From a virus (lineage: Duplodnaviria > Caudoviricetes): a DNA stretch of 64,000 bases. The stretch spans positions 12,507 to 76,506 of the IMG/VR virus record IMGVR_UViG_3300042269_000666, one strand, 5' to 3'. Within the stretch, counting starts at the first letter, position 1; each line of letters starts with the position of its first letter. The notes under the pieces were generated by a model. The model did not search any database. It was not told the DNA's origin and saw only the letters and a program-made list of their open reading frames with translations. Below are positions 37,774-46,520 of this stretch, piece after piece. Both the position numbers and the translations under genes were made by a program.

Positions 37774-38673
37774 ATGCAAAAACCTACTGCCTGGAGCGAC
37801 TGGAATGATTTACCGATACTGGCCTTGCCGTCAGTTAAAGGCTACGAGATGTATGAAGCGATCCGCGAACGCATTGAATATGTTTTCCCTGAAATGATTG
37901 CTGAGGATATGCCGTCCGCTTTGCGTCCACTGCTTACAGATTTTAACCCGAATAGCGATCATAAGGTTATTGAGCGGAATATGCACAAAGCTATTACGGA
38001 ACTTATCCCATGGTACCGGAACTGGACAAGTGACGATGCAAGGCTTTGGAATGAAGCAGATTTACTTGCTGCGCTGGGAGAAGAAAAACGCATAGAGCCC
38101 AACCCTTATTTTTTAAGCGCGAAATGGCTGAAACAGGCATTCAGGATCGTCAATTACCTCCGAAAAAAAGAGGACATCATTTCTATTACTTGGATTGATG
38201 AAGCCGAACCGGGATACACGGAGGGCAATACTTATGACGAACACAAAGCAATGTTTGAGGATGCAATCGACTTTTTCACGGCAGTTATCCAACCAGGTGG
38301 TGGAAGTGGCGGTGATATTTTTGGTTCTTCTGGCAGGCCGTCAAATGTGCTGTACTATTCCTGTGACCGCGATCCATGCGATTCTATGAACAGCTTTGTA
38401 CAGGCATTCAATGCTTTGAAATCGCAGTATACAGCAACAAAATACACGGTCGGTTTGTTTGTGGATTCATCCGGATCAATGAGTTTGCGTACTATACAGC
38501 CAGCCTATGATAACTTTGTAGCTTATATCAAAGAGTTTTATCCTGATTCACGTCTTGTGGAACGCACTGCCGGCAATGAAGCATGGCTTATATGGACTAA
38601 GGAGTATATAAGCCAGTTGAGATTTAACTTTGAGTTTAAAGAGGAAGAAGAAGCGGAATCACCCGCGAGCTAA
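37774..38673 (+). CDS. Virion protein with C-terminal vWA-like MIDAS motif
   Basis: VGLFVDSSGSM (DxSxS) after a GGGSGG linker. Confidence 0.55.
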   Translation: MQKPTAWSDWNDLPILALPSVKGYEMYEAIRERIEYVFPEMIAEDMPSALRPLLTDFNPNSDHKVIERNMHKAITELIPWYRNWTSDDARLWNEADLLAALGEEKRIEPNPYFLSAKWLKQAFRIVNYLRKKEDIISITWIDEAEPGYTEGNTYDEHKAMFEDAIDFFTAVIQPGGGSGGDIFGSSGRPSNVLYYSCDRDPCDSMNSFVQAFNALKSQYTATKYTVGLFVDSSGSMSLRTIQPAYDNFVAYIKEFYPDSRLVERTAGNEAWLIWTKEYISQLRFNFEFKEEEEAESPAS

Positions 38674-39027
38674 ACGAATAGTTCGCGGAAGTTCTGATTT
38701 CGCTTGTTTGAGAAGCCTTGCGGCACGGGGAGCTATGCCCGGATTATCGCCGTTAATCAGCGTGAAAGACTGGCTTAAGCCTCCGGGCAAGCTTTGACCA
38801 GTGACCACCTTACCTTCAGTTTGCTTGTTGTAATTCCTGATAAGAAATACAGCCTGTTCGCAATATGCTTTTTTCAGCGTGTCGCTTTCTTCTGCATTAT
38901 TCAATATCAGGTCATTACGCGCCATCTCCAGAGCTGCTTCACGGGTAGCTTCATCTTGTGAAGTCCAGTAAGCGCCATCAAGGTGTATGGCAAAATAATT
39001 GTTCGCAAATTCCAGTAATTCAGTCAT
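38659..39027 (-). CDS. Head-tail connector/adaptor
   Basis: FANNYF, LKKAYCEQAVFL, APRAARLLK; follows capsid block. Confidence 0.7.
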   Translation of the reverse strand: MTELLEFANNYFAIHLDGAYWTSQDEATREAALEMARNDLILNNAEESDTLKKAYCEQAVFLIRNYNKQTEGKVVTGQSLPGGLSQSFTLINGDNPGIAPRAARLLKQAKSELPRTIRLARG

Positions 39028-39033
39028 GATTAT

Positions 39034-39612
39034 TTACTCCGTAAACTCCTTGAGAGCCTCGTATTCTTCAATGCTTTTAGGCTGATACCTGCCACGGAAA
39101 TAACTCTTTTTGAGCTTTTCACACCAGCCGGCATTCTTGAAGTGCAGAACAGGAATTTGTTTCTGCTTTTTAGCCTGATCTTTGCTGGCTTGTTCTGCGG
39201 CTTCTCTGGCTGCTTTTTCCGCGTCCGCTTTAGCTTTTGCCTCTGCTTCGGCTTGCTGTCTTTTGGCAAAATCAGCTTCCGTTTCCGGTTTGCCCGGGTC
39301 ACCCTGTAAGCCTGGTTCACCGTTGGGATCGCCATGGGCTTGAATGATAGCTTCGCACATTTCAATCAATTCTTCATGGCTGTATTCTTCGATGGGCTTG
39401 AGTTCCTGTTTGCTGTTCCTGCAAAGGAAATCATAAACAGCTTCAGGATCATTAAGGTCTACTACCTCTGTTTCAGAAGTGTCTCCACCCTTTGCTACTC
39501 CGGTGGCTTCATCATACATCTTTTCAAGTTCTTCAAGCTTGTAGGAATTGATGCCTTTTTCCGGCTTCTTACCCATATCAGTCAGCTTGTCATAGATTTC
39601 TTGTTTAGTCAT
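39034..39612 (-). CDS. Hypothetical head-associated protein (HeH/LEM-like N-terminus)
   Basis: 192 aa directly after capsid gene. Confidence 0.5.
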   Translation of the reverse strand: MTKQEIYDKLTDMGKKPEKGINSYKLEELEKMYDEATGVAKGGDTSETEVVDLNDPEAVYDFLCRNSKQELKPIEEYSHEELIEMCEAIIQAHGDPNGEPGLQGDPGKPETEADFAKRQQAEAEAKAKADAEKAAREAAEQASKDQAKKQKQIPVLHFKNAGWCEKLKKSYFRGRYQPKSIEEYEALKEFTE

Positions 39613-39628
39613 AACTCACTCCGTGAAT

Positions 39629-39653
39629 AAAAAGGCGGCATATTTCAGCCGCC
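39629..39653 (-). terminator. Rho-independent terminator after major capsid gene
   Basis: Minus strand GGCGGC-N8-GCCGCC-TTTTT. Confidence 0.7.
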
Positions 39654-39666
39654 ACGATTATCGGAA

Positions 39667-40854
39667 TTAACCGGTAATGCCATCCATAAGGATGTGGTTA
39701 ACTCCCACGTTTTCAACGATGAACCCGACAGAACCCTGAATGGATTTTCTCACTTCACGGCTGGATGCGCTGGGCTCATCCTTTTTCTGCAGGCCGTCAT
39801 CAGTGAGCCAACCCTTTTGGCAGTCGGACTGCTTAACGATCGGCAGTCGGTTATTGCCCATATCAGAATCAACACGAACCTTGATGATGTGTCCCTCAAA
39901 GTCGATAGAGTCGATATACACACCAGCGGTATGGTCGGCTTTGGTAGTCTGAACAGCCAGCTGACTGTTAGCCATGTTGAAAGTATTGATAATACCCTTG
40001 TTGGTCGGAGATGCCCAAATGGTATCTACAACGCCGCCTGCGTCAAAAACCATCTTGATAGCAGCAACAACTTTTTCTTCGGCAAGAGCGCCGGTATTGT
40101 TGTAGAGCAACGGGGCACGGTTGCCATTGTTAGTATCAGTCAACTGGGAATACAATCCGGCAGACATATAGCGGTCGGAATCATCGACTGCTTTCTGTTT
40201 GCGTCCATGGATAGACATACGAGCGAGAGTTTCTGCAACCCTGATCATTGCTTCCTGAACGATGATATAAGTTGCATCTGCAACACTCAGGCCTTTTCCC
40301 ACGTAAATGGCATGCTTTGTCCAGTCCATGACTTCAAAGATGGTCTGCACATAGTTGCTGTAAACGCTGGTAAGCTCAGACATGCTCTTAACGTTCTTGA
40401 GGTCGGTATCCGCACCAGCGTAACCAATGACAGAAAACGCGGTCTGATCAGCATGGGCTGCGGCAGTAGAATCACCTGCGCCACGAGCATATACATCAAT
40501 GGTATTTGCCGCACGGTCTACAGCTTTGATAATGACCACTTCATCTTCCACCTGCAGAACATGACCGATATTCAGGCCTTTAAGTATATCGGCAGGCATT
40601 TTCAGTCCGGAAACAGCGACATTATCCCAACCGCCAGCAGCTCCATCGCCAATGAGTCCATCACGGCTGGTTTTGCTTCGGCTGTAGATATCAAACTGTT
40701 TATTGGTCAACGGGGTGTCAGGTGCGCCCATACCCTGATAAAAGGCACCTTTAAACGGACCAAGTTCGATAGCTTTGGCTACTGCCAGCACTACGGGGTC
40801 TTTCTTGGCTACAGGGTCTGAGAACTCTGTGAATTGTCCGAATTCAAAAGACAT
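39667..40854 (-). CDS. Major capsid protein (SU10/DUF5309-like)
   Basis: 395 aa after scaffold; SNYVQTIFE, RYMSAGL, DSIDFEG, SIQGSVGF; terminator follows. Confidence 0.8.
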   Translation of the reverse strand: MSFEFGQFTEFSDPVAKKDPVVLAVAKAIELGPFKGAFYQGMGAPDTPLTNKQFDIYSRSKTSRDGLIGDGAAGGWDNVAVSGLKMPADILKGLNIGHVLQVEDEVVIIKAVDRAANTIDVYARGAGDSTAAAHADQTAFSVIGYAGADTDLKNVKSMSELTSVYSNYVQTIFEVMDWTKHAIYVGKGLSVADATYIIVQEAMIRVAETLARMSIHGRKQKAVDDSDRYMSAGLYSQLTDTNNGNRAPLLYNNTGALAEEKVVAAIKMVFDAGGVVDTIWASPTNKGIINTFNMANSQLAVQTTKADHTAGVYIDSIDFEGHIIKVRVDSDMGNNRLPIVKQSDCQKGWLTDDGLQKKDEPSASSREVRKSIQGSVGFIVENVGVNHILMDGITG

Positions 40855-40859
40855 ACTCC

Positions 40860-41450
40860 TTACTCCTTATTTTGGTTGTTGTCGATTTCGGTTTGTAATT
40901 CTATTACTCTTGAGGCCTCACGTTTTGTCAGGTTATCTTTACCCAACAATTCGTTAAGCTCCGCTTCCTGGGTCTTGGTTTTGTCCTCAGGAGTTTTTTC
41001 ATTTCCTGAACCGCCACCACCTTTATTTACTTCCGCAGTGAAATATTTCGGCTTATCCTTTTTCAGGTTGTCCATAAAAGATTCGCCGTCTTTTTCGAGA
41101 TCAACTTTGTCTTTGCCGACAAGGTATTTGAGGTACTCTGGATCAGTAAACTTATGCTTAGAGGCCAGCTTGCTTACTGCAAGATCAAAATCCTGTGCGG
41201 TCTTGGCAGCCTTGACATCATCATTCTCTTTTTTGAGCTTTTCGTTTTCTTTTTGAAGCTTTTCCACTTCCGAAAGTTTGTCGTTTTCGGCATCGTCAAT
41301 TTTCTGCTGAGCTTCTGCAAGCTGTTGAGCAAGTTCTTTTTCCTTGCTGTCATCATGCTTCGGCTCGTTGTATTCCTGCAGAAACTTCTTTTCCGCGTCA
41401 GAAAGCTCTTCACCTTTCAAAACTTTTGCTAGGAGTACTTTGATTTTCAT
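40860..41450 (-). CDS. Head scaffolding protein
   Basis: Highly charged coiled coil, KPKYF..GGGGSG; precedes capsid gene. Confidence 0.8.
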   Translation of the reverse strand: MKIKVLLAKVLKGEELSDAEKKFLQEYNEPKHDDSKEKELAQQLAEAQQKIDDAENDKLSEVEKLQKENEKLKKENDDVKAAKTAQDFDLAVSKLASKHKFTDPEYLKYLVGKDKVDLEKDGESFMDNLKKDKPKYFTAEVNKGGGGSGNEKTPEDKTKTQEAELNELLGKDNLTKREASRVIELQTEIDNNQNKE

Positions 41451-41460
41451 ATGCTGGATA

Positions 41461-41490
41461 TCCCTTTTTACATAAGGCTTCCTTTGTCAA
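41461..41490 (-). promoter_or_regulatory. Late-block motif upstream of scaffold/capsid block
   Basis: TTGACA (41490-41485)-N15-AAAA; 34 nt to ATG. Confidence 0.6.
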
Positions 41491-41671
41491 CATTGAAAAA
41501 GACTTGTGGAGTGATAGTGTATGAAAAAGAAAAGGTGAGTATTTATGGATAATGGCTACTGGTAATCAATAAAATGGAACATTTAACCTTTAATTATTTA
41601 TAAAGCTACTTTTGATTTTTCAACACAGAGAATACATAAAATTAAAGCAAAAATAATTAAAAGATAAGAAA

Positions 41672-42409
41672 ATGAATAATCAACAAATACAGGGTTGTAA
41701 GGCGTTAACTGAAAATGTATTAGAGTATTTAGATGAGTTTATTCGCAATGCAATATCAAGAAGTTCAAATATTCAATGTGTCAAAAGCATAGCTCATGAT
41801 TTGAATGTAATGAATGAATTTATTGGTCAAGAATCTCCAGATTGGATAAAAAATTTGATAGGGTTATGTGCTCGAGGACAAACAGACCCAAATACAACAC
41901 AAGAAATAATTAAGCTTAGGTCAGCTATTGAGTATTTCTCTTGGGAAGATTTTTATAACGATGATGGAGATATAGACAAATTAGACTATGATAAAATATT
42001 TACCGAAGAAGCCAATAAAAATGGGTTGAATGAGGCTCTTGATCGTTTAGTTGAATGCTTGGAAATAATTAAAAATGAGTCTCAGTTTAATTTTTCTAAG
42101 CAAACACGCATTGATATTGAAACTTTAATAATTGGACTAAAAAAGTCAAAAGGGAAATCAGAATCTTCAATAAAAACATGGGTGGAGTCAGTTTGGGCAC
42201 TTATAAAAACTTGTATTCCTCATGCTGATAAAATTGAAGCATTAAACAAATTGCTTTCTGATACTCAACACGCTTATAATGATGTATCTTTTAAAATAAT
42301 TGAAGCAAAGAACATGGTTATAGCAAAAATTCAAAATGAATTTTGCAATCAGAAGCTCCTGCCCAAATTTGAAGAGGCTAAGCAAATTGCAAACAATAAT
42401 TCTGAGTAA
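41672..42409 (+). CDS. AT-rich moron, unknown helical protein
   Basis: 245 aa, visibly AT-rich, antisense to flanking late genes. Confidence 0.65.
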   Translation: MNNQQIQGCKALTENVLEYLDEFIRNAISRSSNIQCVKSIAHDLNVMNEFIGQESPDWIKNLIGLCARGQTDPNTTQEIIKLRSAIEYFSWEDFYNDDGDIDKLDYDKIFTEEANKNGLNEALDRLVECLEIIKNESQFNFSKQTRIDIETLIIGLKKSKGKSESSIKTWVESVWALIKTCIPHADKIEALNKLLSDTQHAYNDVSFKIIEAKNMVIAKIQNEFCNQKLLPKFEEAKQIANNNSE

Positions 42410-42412
42410 ATA

Positions 42413-42898
42413 TTAAAAATCACCTTTCAGTAACTTATCCAGGAACTTTTCGCGCTCCTCGAAGCTCATATTCTCAATGAGCTTTTCAGCCATAGCTACT
42501 TCGGTGGCATTCTCAACCTCAGCTTCAAGCTTGTGCTTGTCGCTCCACTTTTCAGGACGGCGGTTAACCAGCCAGAACTTGATCGCGTTCACGTCCGGTT
42601 CAAAGGTTTTAGTCTTGACGGTTTGTTTAACAATTTCACCATCGCCATCGGTTTCCAGATGCCGTTCGCGGACTTCAAAGCCCAAACAACGCTTAAGCAG
42701 GGCGTTCTCAACCTTGGTATCAACCGGAGCTTTCCCGCGCGCGATAGCCTCCAAAAACTCTAGGTGCTTCTTCTGGTAATTGTAGTAAGTTGCGGTCGAT
42801 ATGCCGAGTTTTTGGGCGATCTGTTCGTCGTTAAGTCCCTCTCTCGCAAACCCTTCCGCAAGTATTGGAAAGTTTTCGTTATATTTGCCTTTGCTCAA
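42413..42898 (-). CDS. terS: Terminase small subunit
   Basis: HTH DEQIAQKLGISTATYYNY, VENALLKR, AIKFWLVNRRPEKW. Confidence 0.85.
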   Translation of the reverse strand: MSKGKYNENFPILAEGFAREGLNDEQIAQKLGISTATYYNYQKKHLEFLEAIARGKAPVDTKVENALLKRCLGFEVRERHLETDGDGEIVKQTVKTKTFEPDVNAIKFWLVNRRPEKWSDKHKLEAEVENATEVAMAEKLIENMSFEEREKFLDKLLKGDF

Positions 42899-43401
42899 AA
42901 TAGTTTCTCCTGAACCGCATCACCCTCTACAAACTGTTTCTTGTATCTGTTTCTTGCAGCGGTAATTTTCGACAATGTCAGGCAGAAGATACTTTTCAGT
43001 TCCGGATGATTTCTTACCGCAAATAAAAGGGCTGTATTAATGCGCTGTCGAGATACGCCTCGCTCCCTTGCCATTTCAGCCTGTGTAATATTCGGATTGC
43101 GAACCAAGGCACTAAGGAGCGAGAGCGTATTATCATCAAGAGAAAGTATGTAATTCAGAACTTCTGACAAATTCTCGTAATTATCACTTTTACCGATTTT
43201 ATCACACTCGTTGCTTTTACCTGCAACACGAAAAGAGTTCTTGTCGTAATCTACTGCATTACGAACTCTGTTGGCGTTATCAGGGTTGGGACTGCTGGTC
43301 ACATATTCGCACGAGTCCCAGTACTCACAAACATTTTTGCAGGATTGGTCGAAGTGTCCGAAACATTCACCTGCGGTTTTTTCGTAGTTTCGTTCTGTCA
43401 T
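42895..43401 (-). CDS. Cys-rich, sigma70 region-4-like HTH protein; candidate late activator
   Basis: N-terminal C-x7-C-x3-C-x5-C; C-terminal ITQAEMARERGVSRQRINTAL; start moved to ATG 43401 behind AAAAGGG. Confidence 0.6.
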   Translation of the reverse strand: MTERNYEKTAGECFGHFDQSCKNVCEYWDSCEYVTSSPNPDNANRVRNAVDYDKNSFRVAGKSNECDKIGKSDNYENLSEVLNYILSLDDNTLSLLSALVRNPNITQAEMARERGVSRQRINTALLFAVRNHPELKSIFCLTLSKITAARNRYKKQFVEGDAVQEKLF

Positions 43402-43411
43402 TTTTTTACTG

Positions 43412-43440
43412 CACCCTTTTATTTTTCGGCAAAGTGTCAA
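43412..43440 (-). promoter_or_regulatory. Late-block motif upstream of HTH/terS block
   Basis: TTGACA (43440-43435)-N14-AAAAGGG; 33 nt to ATG 43401. Confidence 0.6.
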
Positions 43441-43449
43441 CACAGCCAA

Positions 43450-44463
43450 TCAGGTCTTTTCACTAAGATTGTCAATAGCGTTTTTGTCACGAGTAAAAAT
43501 ATCCATTATCTCGGCGAAGCTCTTGCTGTTTATGACACGTCCCCCAATGGTGTTTTGCATCAGAGTCCTGAAACATGCAGATGAATTTTCTTTCATGGCC
43601 TTTGTGTACTTGAAGTTTTCATGATCATAAAGAAAATGATTCAGATTAGCCTTGTTGGTTGTGAACCCGGGAACGCCCTCAACACCACAGCAACAAAGGG
43701 AATCGCCCATATTCCGTAACCTGTTTTCGCCTGAAAAGAATTTCATGCCAAGGTCATGGGCCGTCTGCCTGATCTGTACGAAGTCCGCTTTCAGCTTTTC
43801 AACAGGATAGACGTAATCGGCGCCGCTTTTTATCATGCCCTTGCGCTTCTGGAAATACTTGATCCCCTCCACAATAATGCCATATACTCCGGCTTCTTTG
43901 TACCGTGGCAAATTACTGATAATATCATTCTTTACCTCACGTACATACGGCTGTATCCTGATAATAAGCCTTTTGCAGTGTTGAGAAATTACCGCAATAT
44001 CCTTAAGCCGTTGTTCAAAGGTCGGGGCACCTGGTTCAATAACATCGAACTTCGGAGATATCAGAGATACTTGCACAACGGCATTGCATTGTTTCAGTGA
44101 GTTCAGATACTCAGGCTGTACGAGGCAGGTTGTGCCCTTGGTCGATACAATAAAAGGATATTTCGTTTCCGCGAATACTTTCAGGCACTGCAAAGAGCTT
44201 TTAAATTTGTTCTCTATAGGCTGAAAAGGGTCAGACATACCGCCCCAATGCAACGGTATATCCCAGTCGCACCAACGCGTTTCAGTTGTGCGCTTTCCGT
44301 CAATGAACCTTTTTAGCGCGGTGGCTGATTCATCGAGCTTAATATTTGATATATCAGTCTTTCGGGTCACAAAACAATATTTGCACCCGTGCGAGCAACC
44401 GGAATAATTATCAAACCTGATCGGCAGGTCGCATAAAATAATCTGACTTCCACACTTTGGCAT
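43450..44463 (-). CDS. Radical SAM protein (spore photoproduct lyase-like branch)
   Basis: CSHGCKYC (CxxxCxxC), GGMSDPFQP, STKG. Confidence 0.85.
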   Translation of the reverse strand: MPKCGSQIILCDLPIRFDNYSGCSHGCKYCFVTRKTDISNIKLDESATALKRFIDGKRTTETRWCDWDIPLHWGGMSDPFQPIENKFKSSLQCLKVFAETKYPFIVSTKGTTCLVQPEYLNSLKQCNAVVQVSLISPKFDVIEPGAPTFEQRLKDIAVISQHCKRLIIRIQPYVREVKNDIISNLPRYKEAGVYGIIVEGIKYFQKRKGMIKSGADYVYPVEKLKADFVQIRQTAHDLGMKFFSGENRLRNMGDSLCCCGVEGVPGFTTNKANLNHFLYDHENFKYTKAMKENSSACFRTLMQNTIGGRVINSKSFAEIMDIFTRDKNAIDNLSEKT

Positions 44464-45047
44464 TATGCATCCCCCTCACAAAGCTTGATAATCTGTTCAA
44501 CGACTGCCTCCTTGCCGTATTCCTTGATGTACTTATCAATTTCCTCTTTTTTGCTTTTGGGAAAGATAAGAGTGACCGCAAAGGAATCAGAATCAGCGTT
44601 TATGGAGTTCTGGAAGTTGTTTTCCAGCAAATCATCAAGAATGCCGTCCGTTCGTTCAAAGGTTTCAATTTCCTCGTCAGAAAATCCGGTTGCATCAACA
44701 AGGGAGCCCATGCCGGCAAGCAGCTCGGCAACTTTCTCATCAGAAAAAACAGAAAGATCACTGGTTTTGTTGTCTGCCAGTGCCAGTGCTTTGCGCTTGT
44801 CGTCAGCGGTCTTTAAATCGGTTCGCTTGATGGCGATCAATTCAGTCCCGTCCGATTCGATAACGCGAACAGGCAGCCCTAAGGACTGTGCCTGTTCATA
44901 TACCCCGTTTCCGGCTATCAGCATGTTTTCAGAGTCAACCAGCACTGAACGTCCAGTGCCCAGCTCTTCGAGACTGCTTTTTATTGCGTTCTTGTTGTGA
45001 TCGTCATGTATGCGAGCATTTTGATTGTCAAAAACAATATCATTCAT
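44463..45047 (-). CDS. ParB-like N-terminal domain protein
   Basis: NARIH..IKSSLEELG.GRSVLVD..LIAGNG..LALADNKT. Confidence 0.8.
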   Translation of the reverse strand: MNDIVFDNQNARIHDDHNKNAIKSSLEELGTGRSVLVDSENMLIAGNGVYEQAQSLGLPVRVIESDGTELIAIKRTDLKTADDKRKALALADNKTSDLSVFSDEKVAELLAGMGSLVDATGFSDEEIETFERTDGILDDLLENNFQNSINADSDSFAVTLIFPKSKKEEIDKYIKEYGKEAVVEQIIKLCEGDA

Positions 45048-45074
45048 CGTAAAACCTTATAAGTTGTAAATCTA

Positions 45075-45764
45075 TTATGTGTCCGTCCTGTCAACAGGAG
45101 GTTTTATTCTCGCCCAGTGAGTTATATGCTTGCGATACACGAAGCCCGTGGAAGTGATATAAGCGTGGTCGCTTCCAGGTATAAAAACTCCCAAAGTCCA
45201 TGCATTATTCTTAAGCCACAAAGCTACATGTTCTTTATCATTCGGCCTTGATGAGTTTTCAGTGCTAATCCACTCTATGGGCTCTTCTTCGCTTACTTTT
45301 CGTGCCACTTCTGTAATGCATGGTATACGGTTGGCTTGTAGTTGATCTATAAACGCAATTATATTGGATAAATCCAAGAAAATTTTATTCCCCTGATTGT
45401 CTGTAATACATGGGAACATCCTTACACCATCAACCACGCTTGACTCGAATACCTGATCGTATTCATCTCCATCGAGCTGTAATTCGTCCTCATTAAACAA
45501 CATTACTTTTTTTACGGTATGCGTCTTAAAATTATCGCAATTAGAGTGTTTTCTTTCCGTATCGGATTCATTTTTAACGAAAACAACATCTTTCCCATCT
45601 GTTCGGAGAGATGACGCACACTCAGGAGAATTTATATCGTTGCATTCCATTCCTGTAATTTTGGCAAACTCGCAGTTACGGCAACGTTTATTTTCTTTAT
45701 CTTCAATGCACTTAAGGCTAATGCCACTCCAAACAAATTCTTCTCCTATTTTGTATTCTCTCAT
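45075..45764 (-). CDS. Mosaic hypothetical protein, C-terminal DUF551-like
   Basis: WIST..RP..ITHWARI at C-terminus. Confidence 0.5.
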   Translation of the reverse strand: MREYKIGEEFVWSGISLKCIEDKENKRCRNCEFAKITGMECNDINSPECASSLRTDGKDVVFVKNESDTERKHSNCDNFKTHTVKKVMLFNEDELQLDGDEYDQVFESSVVDGVRMFPCITDNQGNKIFLDLSNIIAFIDQLQANRIPCITEVARKVSEEEPIEWISTENSSRPNDKEHVALWLKNNAWTLGVFIPGSDHAYITSTGFVYRKHITHWARIKPPVDRTDT

Positions 45765-45875
45765 TTTATTCTATTCCTTATTTAACTTTTTTTCTTAACT
45801 GTTGAGAATAACGTCTTGCCGCTTTTAACAGCGCTTTAGCCTCTTTCCGGCTCATGCCGAAATGCTGATAATACC

Positions 45876-46175
45876 TCATTGTTCGCATTTCTCACCATCC
45901 TTTTTTACATTGTCTTTAGGTTCCCAATGGCTAAACGTATTTCTATTGCATGCAAGACACGCTGAATAGAAACTGTCATCATTGGGATTATCGTTAAGCG
46001 GCACCCACGGTTCTAAATACCATTTGCATGTAGAGCAATCGATAATTTTGCAATAGATAACACCGCTATCGGGTTCTTTATCGCATATATCTTCTAGTTC
46101 AGTATTCTCGCAATGAAAAACCTCTGTACTGCCGTCACCAATGATAGTACCACCGCAATTAGGACATTTACCCAC
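45876..46175 (-). CDS. Cys-rich hypothetical protein
   Basis: CPNC.., CSTC; GTG start after GGAGG. Confidence 0.55.
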   Translation of the reverse strand: MGKCPNCGGTIIGDGSTEVFHCENTELEDICDKEPDSGVIYCKIIDCSTCKWYLEPWVPLNDNPNDDSFYSACLACNRNTFSHWEPKDNVKKDGEKCEQ

Positions 46176-46325
46176 GGTTGCGCCTCCTCGATTTAGCTGC
46201 CTGTTTGTTCTTTTTGCGACGTTGTTTTATATCTTTTTCGTACTTTCCACGGTTGGCGGCTTCGCGAATTATTCTACATTTTGAGCCAAAATTTGAGCCA
46301 AAAATTGAGTTTGAATAGATTTCCA

Positions 46326-46520
46326 TTATAGCCCCCATTTAGCTTTGTATTTCTGAATAAATTCAGAGGGGAAAGAGCTTTTCCAACCACATTCGGGGCA
46401 TACGAACTGTTCGCCGTCAAAGGTTGTACGTGGCATACTGCATTTGGTCACGTTGCCGCAGTACGGCGTATACCATTTGTCGTTAAAGAGGTTGATCCTG
46501 ACTATTGTGTTTTTACTCAT
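46326..46520 (-). CDS. Small zinc-finger protein
   Basis: PYCG..C..CPECG. Confidence 0.55.
   Translation of the reverse strand: MSKNTIVRINLFNDKWYTPYCGNVTKCSMPRTTFDGEQFVCPECGWKSSFPSEFIQKYKAKWGL

Noticed and set aside
39694-40821. 375-aa plus-strand ORF
   Set aside because: Antisense shadow of the major capsid gene, like the many other shadow ORFs in the track (e.g. 49730-50389, 55614-56339, 59614-60240).
19214-43401. Misassembly as the cause of the scrambled gene order
   Set aside because: Unusual neighbours are joined by overlapping start/stop codons and each block has its own upstream motif; read mapping is still needed for proof.
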